Source: Octopus sinensis (taxonomy: Eukaryota). Taken from it: 64,000 nt of DNA. A program made the translations under genes and the position numbers. Shown piece by piece: positions 56,959-64,000 of the stretch. Position 1 is the first letter of the stretch; every line of letters starts with the position of its first letter. The notes under the pieces were generated by a model. It was not told where the DNA came from, made no database searches, and saw nothing but the letters and a program-made list of their open reading frames with translations. The stretch is taken from positions 12,648,001-12,712,000 of the forward strand of contig NC_042997.1 in the NCBI RefSeq assembly GCF_006345805.1, written 5' to 3'.

Positions 56959-56977
56959 CAGTAGTAGTAGTAGTAGA
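56828..56977. repeat. (GTA)n trinucleotide microsatellite
   Basis: Read directly. Confidence 0.95.
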
Positions 56978-57212
56978 GGTTCTTCAGGTAGCTGTTTTTA
57001 CACTCAGGGCTCATTTCAATGCTGGTCACACAGAATTATTTGGAAATAATTCCAAATCATAAGCCAGTCATGATTTTAGAGGTAACTGATTATTGCTAAC
57101 ATCATTAAAACGAAAAGTGGTTGTGAAATTGGAGGCTCAGAAGATTTGTTTGCTACCTACTCTTTATAAAGTAACGTGAAAAACATGCGAACATTTCAGT
57201 TTTATTGGAATA

Positions 57213-57612
57213 CTAGCAGTATCGCCCGGCGTTGCTCGGGTTTGTAAGGGAAATAACTATATAAGCATTTTTAGAGAGTTATAGCCAAAAAATAGCAATA
57301 AAATGCATTAAAAATGGGAAAAAAAATGATGGTAAATTTTTTTTTAAATCGTTGACTCATCGTAGACATGTTTAGAGAGTTACTTCCCTTATATAATAGC
57401 GAAAAAAATGGATTGAAATGGAAAAAAATGATGGTAATTTTTTTTTTAAATCGTAGACTCATCGTAGACGCGCGCTAATACCCAGAAGGGCTCGATATGA
57501 ATCACGACTATAAGATACCTGGTTTTGGTTAAACTGCACCGCAAAATGTGGGAGTAGTTAGGAATCTAAATCGTAGGAGACAGACACACAACTTCTCTTT
57601 TATATATAAAGA
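57213..57612 (-). mobile_element. Non-autonomous Helitron, subfamily 1
   Basis: TC...hairpin-CTAG, A^T insertion site. Confidence 0.87.
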
Positions 57613-57890
57613 TATGTATAATTTAACTATTACGCAGGGAAGCTGCCTTTGTAACGAATATCAATTTGAGCATCCAGTTTAACATGGATTTGTTGCTAAA
57701 AGTGCTGTAGACTTCAGTAAACGCCAATACGTCAAGATAATATAGTTTAAAACTTTAATAGATTTTTGATCTGTTGGTGCTTGGGCGCCTTTTGCTGAAG
57801 TCACTTGATACACCAGTTCTATTCGTCGGTGCTGACGAATAAAATCAACAAAATATCCATGAAATGTTGGAAGTGTAGCTAATAAATATA

Positions 57891-58296
57891 TACCTTTTTA
57901 CTTTTTTACTTGTTTCAGTCATTTGACTGCGGCCATGCTGGAGCACCGCCTTTAGTCGAGCAAATCGACCCCGGGACTTATTCTTTGTAAATTCTATCGG
58001 TCTCTTTTGCCGAACCGCTAAGTGACGGGGACGTAAACACACCAGCATCGGTTGTCAAGCAATGCTAGGGGGACAAACACAGACACACAAACATATACAC
58101 ACACACTTATATATATATATATATACATATATACGACAGGATTCTTTCAGTTTCCGTCTACCAAATCCACTCACAAGGCATTGGTCAGCCCCGGTCTATA
58201 GCAGAAGACACTTGCCCAAGATGCCACGCAGTGGGACTGAACCCGGAACCATGTGGTTGGTTAGCAAGCTTCTTACCACACAGCCACTCCTGCGCC
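57891..58296 (-). mobile_element. SINE family A with a small internal deletion
   Basis: Full head and tail. Confidence 0.92.
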
Positions 58297-58855
58297 TATT
58301 TTAAATATGCATATTTAAAATAAATAAGTGATGTAAATATATGTTGAAAATATACATAGAGATATATATGAAAAACGCTGCGACCACATATTTCACCGTT
58401 TCGAGGTCGAAAAATAACTATCAATTTATAACTGGCACGAGGCAATCAAAGCATACACTCGTCTAAAATGTGTGGACCGTGTGCCGAAATTTGAAACCAT
58501 CAGTTTTAGAAGTTTGACAGCAATCAATCAATCAATCAAACATTCAATCTATCGATCTGTCTATCTGTCTGTCTGGCTGTCTGGCTGGTTGTCTGTCTTT
58601 CTGGCTGTCGTGATTACAGTTTTCTAAATTGGAAACTATACTTTGGTCTCAGCTAAAACACCGAGAAGTGGGATTTGGTATAAAGAGAAAGTGTAATTTA
58701 AATTGTTAAATATATCCGAGTTTCCATAATAGCAAACTACTGGGTGTAACCGGACATTAGTGGCAAAACAGCCACATATAGAACCTGAAACATAAAAGAC
58801 GCTGTTTTATGGGGTGTCTATTTACTTCTGTCCTGACTGTGTACACATAAACATC

Positions 58856-58886
<31 letters not shown>

Positions 58887-58964
58887 CCACGTCCTCGCAT
58901 TGTTGTGTTTTTTTTGTGCTTTCTTGTTTGGATTAACTATATATATGTGTATATATATATATAT

Positions 58965-59171
58965 AATTATAATTGGGTTTCAGCTAAGTGCTTCACCACA
59001 TACCGAAATTAGAAAAAGGAGTTAAAAATTCCTTTTCTAAATCGAATTATAATTATGTGGATAATTTTACCTACGAAAGGCTATTTTAAGGTACCGATCT
59101 ACTTGGTAAAATTATTAATTAATTGATTAATTGATTAATTAATTCGATTAATACATTTCACCCTTCTATTA

Positions 59172-59175
<4 letters not shown>
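58965..59175. mobile_element. Short foldback insert in (TA)n related to the 555-bp element
   Basis: acttggtaaaattattaattaatt...tttcaccct resembles 46222-46258. Internal hairpin ttagaaaaagga/ttccttttctaa. Confidence 0.5.
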
Positions 59176-59226
<51 letters not shown>

Positions 59227-59346
59227 CTTCCACGCTGCAATTGTTTTCGTTCCTGCACACGATCTCAGATCAGGTCACCTCCTATGCAAGTACATCTCCG
59301 TAAATCTCTCTCTCTATATATATATATGTATAATTACAAATTAACA

Positions 59347-59635
59347 GAGGCGCACGACTGCGTGGTTATGGTTTGAGCATCGGGCTCACAATCATGGGTT
59401 AGAGATTTCGATTCCTAGACGGAGGTATGTGTTGTCTCCTTTAGCAAAATTCTTTATTTCACGTTGCCCCAATTCACTCATCTGTAGAAATGAGTTACGG
59501 CTTTTGCCTTTCTTTTGGATAACATCTACGCCTTGGATTGGAGAGAATGGTACGCATTGGTGACTGCTGGTCTTTCATAGACCAACTTGCCCGGACTTGT
59601 GCCTCGGAGGTGAACTGTCTAGGGGCAATCCCATT
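59347..59635 (+). mobile_element. SINE family B-like, diverged
   Basis: gaggcgcacg...tttcgattcct...tttatttcacgttgccccaattcactca is similar to 36962-37090. Confidence 0.6.
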
Positions 59636-59713
59636 ACTGAAAGGGGACTCCCACTTTACCTCTATATTAACAGAACAAACTTACACAGAGTACAAAGATA
59701 CAGAAATTTTCAA

Positions 59714-59900
59714 AGGGGGACGGCTTAGTATTACAAGTGAGACTGCTGTTTCTGCGGTCTCGGAGTTACATTATGATGTTTTCAGATGTAGTTTCCAAAA
59801 ATATGCAATCAGTAAGGGAAGTAAATATCCATCGTGTACATCCGGCCTCTGTCTTCAGGGTCGAGAGATTAAAACCTTGTAGAACCATATCGTCTCCCCT
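59714..59900. mobile_element. Possible Kolobok-type MITE
   Basis: Termini agggggacg / cgtctcccct flanked by TCAA / TTAA. Confidence 0.35.
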
Positions 59901-60119
59901 TTAAGCTTCTATGCCTGTGTAAGTTTGTTAGGTTTATATATAAGCATCAACATATTTATACTTGAATATTCACCCATTGATAATTTTAAGTCTTTGCTTT
60001 CTCGCTATTTACATGTATATATGTATGTATTTTTGTATATCTAACTGAAACAGTTTTACTTCTTTTTGAGCACTGAGATCTTTAGCATCATTATTAGCGT
60101 CTCCCTCCCTCTCTATCTG

Positions 60120-60187
<68 letters not shown>

Positions 60188-60216
60188 TATATTATTATAT
60201 ATATATATATATATAA

Positions 60217-60248
<32 letters not shown>

Positions 60249-60417
60249 CATATATATATATGTATGTGCCCCAGCAAAATGGCGGTGCCCCAGCATGGCC
60301 ACAGCTCGTAAGCTGAAACTAGAATCAATCAATATGCGTATATATATACATATATATATATATGTATGTGAGTGTGTGTATGTGGCGTATGTATGCGTAT
60401 GTGTCTATATATATATG

Positions 60418-60450
<33 letters not shown>

Positions 60451-61255
60451 TAAGAGAGAGAGAGAGAGAGAGATATTGCTATACATATATATATATATGT
60501 ATATATGTAAATATATATATGTATATTTGTACATGTATGCATATATATGTGTATGCATACTTATATACATAAATACATATATACATACATTCATACATAC
60601 ATACATACATACATACATACATACATACATACATACATACATTCACACATAGTAAACTGCGTGAAGCATTGATAATATTGCGTTCGTTTATAAGCACGCG
60701 AAATTATGTTAGTCTGTGTGTGCATCTCTGATTCTTGTTTTTTAAATTGTAATTTGCGTTGTTTCTTGGCATTCTTCATAGTTATCTTTATCTATTGTTA
60801 ACAAGACATCAAGGCTTATTACACTGACCACCAGTAAATTAAGTAAGAAGTAGATTCCGAACTTCCTTCGGGATACCGCAAAAATAATAATATGCCAAAA
60901 TTCCCTACAAAAAATACCATCAACTCCCGTGTAATTTCTTGTCAATGTCATAAGGGAAATCAAAAGCGTCCATATTACAGAATATGGCTCCCTGTAAGCC
61001 AGTGCTTATGTGCGAAAAAATGTAGGTATACATATATATCTATGCATTCATGCAGGCAAGCCTGTACATCTAATTATATATCGAATACTTATAATATATA
61101 TATATATACATATATTTATAATTATGGATATAAGTATATATACATATCCATGTATACATATGCATGCATATATATATACATATATATACATATATACACA
61201 CAAACATATAAGCATATGCGCATATTTATATGCATATATACACACAAGTATTCGC

Positions 61256-61316
<61 letters not shown>

Positions 61317-61526
61317 AAGAGAGAGCAGGACAAGAGAAAGATCGAAATACCTTCTGTACAAAATATATTTATACGGTTATAATTATACGTACATATGTAG
61401 CACCGAATGCCTGTGTGTGTGTGCGTGTATATATGTAAACGCACACGCAGGCTTGCTCACGTGCTCGTACTCTTACAAACACAGTCTTATATACACATGC
61501 ATGCAGGGTTACATGTTCATACATAT

Positions 61527-61564
<38 letters not shown>

Positions 61565-62046
61565 ATATCGTATTCAAATGCCTTATCAGAGCTAAAGTAC
61601 ATACGTGAAAGACCAGATTTCCTTCTGTAGCCGAGCCACGTGAAGATGCTTTGTGCTTGTAAAACAATCGTATCACTTTCACAAATGTCTCGGAATGCTT
61701 TTTTTTTTTTATTTCCTTTCATTTCTTTCAGAAGATACCACAACACAGGTATATCGAGTGTATTCTTTGCATAATTTCTTTCATTGTTCTATCTCACACA
61801 ATAGATAATATCTTGTTAACTCTTTTCCGCCAAAAGCTGATAGAGATCATGCTTACGAAAGAATATGCACCGAAGATTACGAAATAAGAATCGGCGATAA
61901 CTATATTGAAAGTGTCGTACGAAAGCATCTAAATTACGCGCATTTCATTTAGCTGTTTACATAGATGTTATACACATATGCAGTTTACATAAGTTTATAA
62001 ACACACACATACATACACACATACACACACACATATATGTCAGTGT

Positions 62047-62100
<54 letters not shown>

Positions 62101-62288
62101 GAAGGTATATATGTATATATGCACATTTACATATGTACCTACACACATACACACACATATATGAGAGAGAGATAAGAATCTGTGTTCGTCTGTGTGAGTA
62201 TGTATATGCATGTAGATACATTTATTTACGTATATGTATTCATAAACATACGTGCATACATACACACACATATACATACATATGTATA

Positions 62289-62357
<69 letters not shown>

Positions 62358-62471
62358 ATATTTCGGAATGGTCATTTTGCCAGTTTAGCCAATAAAAACA
62401 CATGCACTATATATTTGGTGTTATTTTGCTTCAGTGTTATTTATTTTTTACATTAATCTTAATCTTATTTC

Positions 62472-62516
62472 GGCCAGAGTTCTTTCGTCACACTCCTGTG
62501 ACCGCATCATTGGTCC
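62472..62516 (-). ncRNA. Hammerhead-like motif in the PLE 3' region, variant or damaged core
   Basis: Minus strand: ggacca-ATGATGCG-gtcaca ggag tgtgac-GAAAG-aa-CTC^-tggcc. Confidence 0.55.
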
Positions 62517-62920
62517 TTTGTTTTCTTCTTTATTATTTGTGTCTCTCCTTACTAACCGTCAGCCATTTTGTATTTCTATTGTATGTCTTCATTTGCGCAT
62601 GCTTATATCTCTATGTGCGTCTATGTTTATTTAGTGTGTGTATGTGGGGGATGCCTGTAATATTTGTATCTTCTGTTTATATACGTTCATGTAATTTGTA
62701 TTTTGTTTTTGTTGTTGTTGTTTTTGTTTATTCTTATTTTGTTAATGTGTTTACATCCACTTATTATTATCATTACATATGCTTGTATGTATGTATGTAT
62801 AACAACAATACTAGTAATAATTATAACAATAAATCGAATCGAAAAAAAAATATATATAGTTATTTATTTCTATTTGTTTATTTATCTGTGTATTTATTAT
62901 GTGTTCGGGATCCTCTATCG

Positions 62921-63834
62921 TCATATGTAGTGGTGTGTGCTAGTGTTCCATTCTAGTTTTCTATTCAGGCTAGGTTTATTTCCTATTATGTGTGTAGCTT
63001 CTGTAATTTGTCTGATTGTTGCATCTGTTCTATGTGTGGACAATATTTTAATTTCTATATTGTTGATTGATCCCCTGTGTTCCTGTTCAGCGTGTTGGTA
63101 CAGAATCGATGAGCTTTTACCTTCCTTGAGTTGTCTCCAATGTACATTTACCCGCTCTCCTATGCTTCTTGCCGTCTCCCCTACGTATGTCGTTGTCTTG
63201 TTACTGCATCGTCCCTCTATACATCTTATACTATAGACTACATTTCTGGCTTTACAGTTTGTTTGTGGGCTAAATCTACATAGAGTACAGTACTTATCCG
63301 TACAGGGGGTTCTACTAAAAGGATAGGTTCTACCAATTATAGATTTGATAGGGTTGCCTGGCTTTTTAACAACCTTAATTCTTAGCTTAAGTTTGTCTAG
63401 GGTCCTTCTAAAGCGGTACGCCAGTTCACCACCAGGGGTGGTGTCAACGAACATGACACTCTGGTATTTATGGCTATCATACCAAGAGTTGGCCTTCCCT
63501 ATTTTCTTTTTGTCCTTTCTATAGTGTTCCATGACTTGTTCCTATAGAGTGGGCAAATGCCATTCCTATCATTACATAATATATTATCAAATTTCTTCAT
63601 GGCTCCTTTGTATACTCTGATCCTTTCTTTATGGCTGTAACCAGAGAACTGCATGCGGTGAATGAAATATTGTATGTGTCTCTTTAACTCTTTGGGCTCG
63701 CACATGCGTGACACATTTCTCATTATAATATTGAATTTGGCATTGTCCGCAATGGCTGAGTTCCGATGGATCAAGTATTTTGAGGCCATAGATCTGGCAT
63801 AGTATGAATAATAAAACCCAAATCCTTCATTCAC
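62921..63834 (-). pseudogene. PLE polyprotein remnant: RT thumb, Cys-rich linker and GIY-YIG endonuclease, frameshifted near 63500
   Basis: ORFs 63499-63834 (MQFSGYS...PLYRNKSW) and 62921-63532 (MFVDTTPGGELA...CTDKYCTLC...NVVYSIRC...YVGETARSIGER..H...HAEQEH...RQITEA..I...PSLN) join into one frame. Confidence 0.9.
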
Positions 63835-63863
63835 ACTATGCCAAACCTGGCTAAGCTAGCAGG

Positions 63864-63907
<44 letters not shown>

Positions 63908-63920
63908 ATATATATATATG

Positions 63921-64000
63921 TTGGTCCACCGCATGGACCCTAAGTAAGGCATGTGTAAAATTTGAATGAAATCGGTTGGGTAGTTTTCGAGTTTTAGTGT
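63921..64000 (-). mobile_element. Helitron-like internal fragment running off the window edge
   Basis: gtgtaaaatttgaatgaaatcggttg resembles gtgtcaagtttcatcagaatcggttg of subfamily 2. Confidence 0.35.

Larger units (their letters stand above)
62352..63868 (-). mobile_element. 5'-truncated Penelope-like element (PLE) inserted in (TA)n
   Basis: RT C-terminus plus GIY-YIG ORF, a 3' non-coding region of about 570 bp with an HHR-like motif, and long TA tracts on both sides. Confidence 0.88.

Noticed and set aside
56787-57062. Poly-Val membrane-like ORF
   Set aside because: It is the (GTA)n microsatellite.
58298-58321. 24-bp perfect palindrome next to a SINE head
   Set aside because: AT-rich, a single instance, with no functional support.

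Overview
This is AT-rich, microsatellite-saturated eukaryotic DNA, not prokaryotic. The SINE families look like those of octopus (cephalopod); that is my recognition, not a search result. I cannot support any host protein-coding gene, and nearly all ORF-track hits are translated (TA)n, (CA)n, (ATCT)n, (ATGT)n or (GTA)n repeats or SINEs. The window contains three tRNA-derived SINE families, non-autonomous Helitrons, mariner derivatives, decayed LINE fragments and a 5'-truncated Penelope-like element (RT C-terminus plus GIY-YIG endonuclease) inserted in (TA)n. The main signal is a set of distinct non-coding elements, each with a minimal type I hammerhead ribozyme (HHR) whose stem III is short and palindromic. 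They sit in (TA)n tracts as tandem and inverted 'tails-out' arrays with monomers of about 106, 477, 481 and 555 bp, and several share terminal motifs. They look like a (TA)n-targeting retrozyme / non-autonomous Penelope system.
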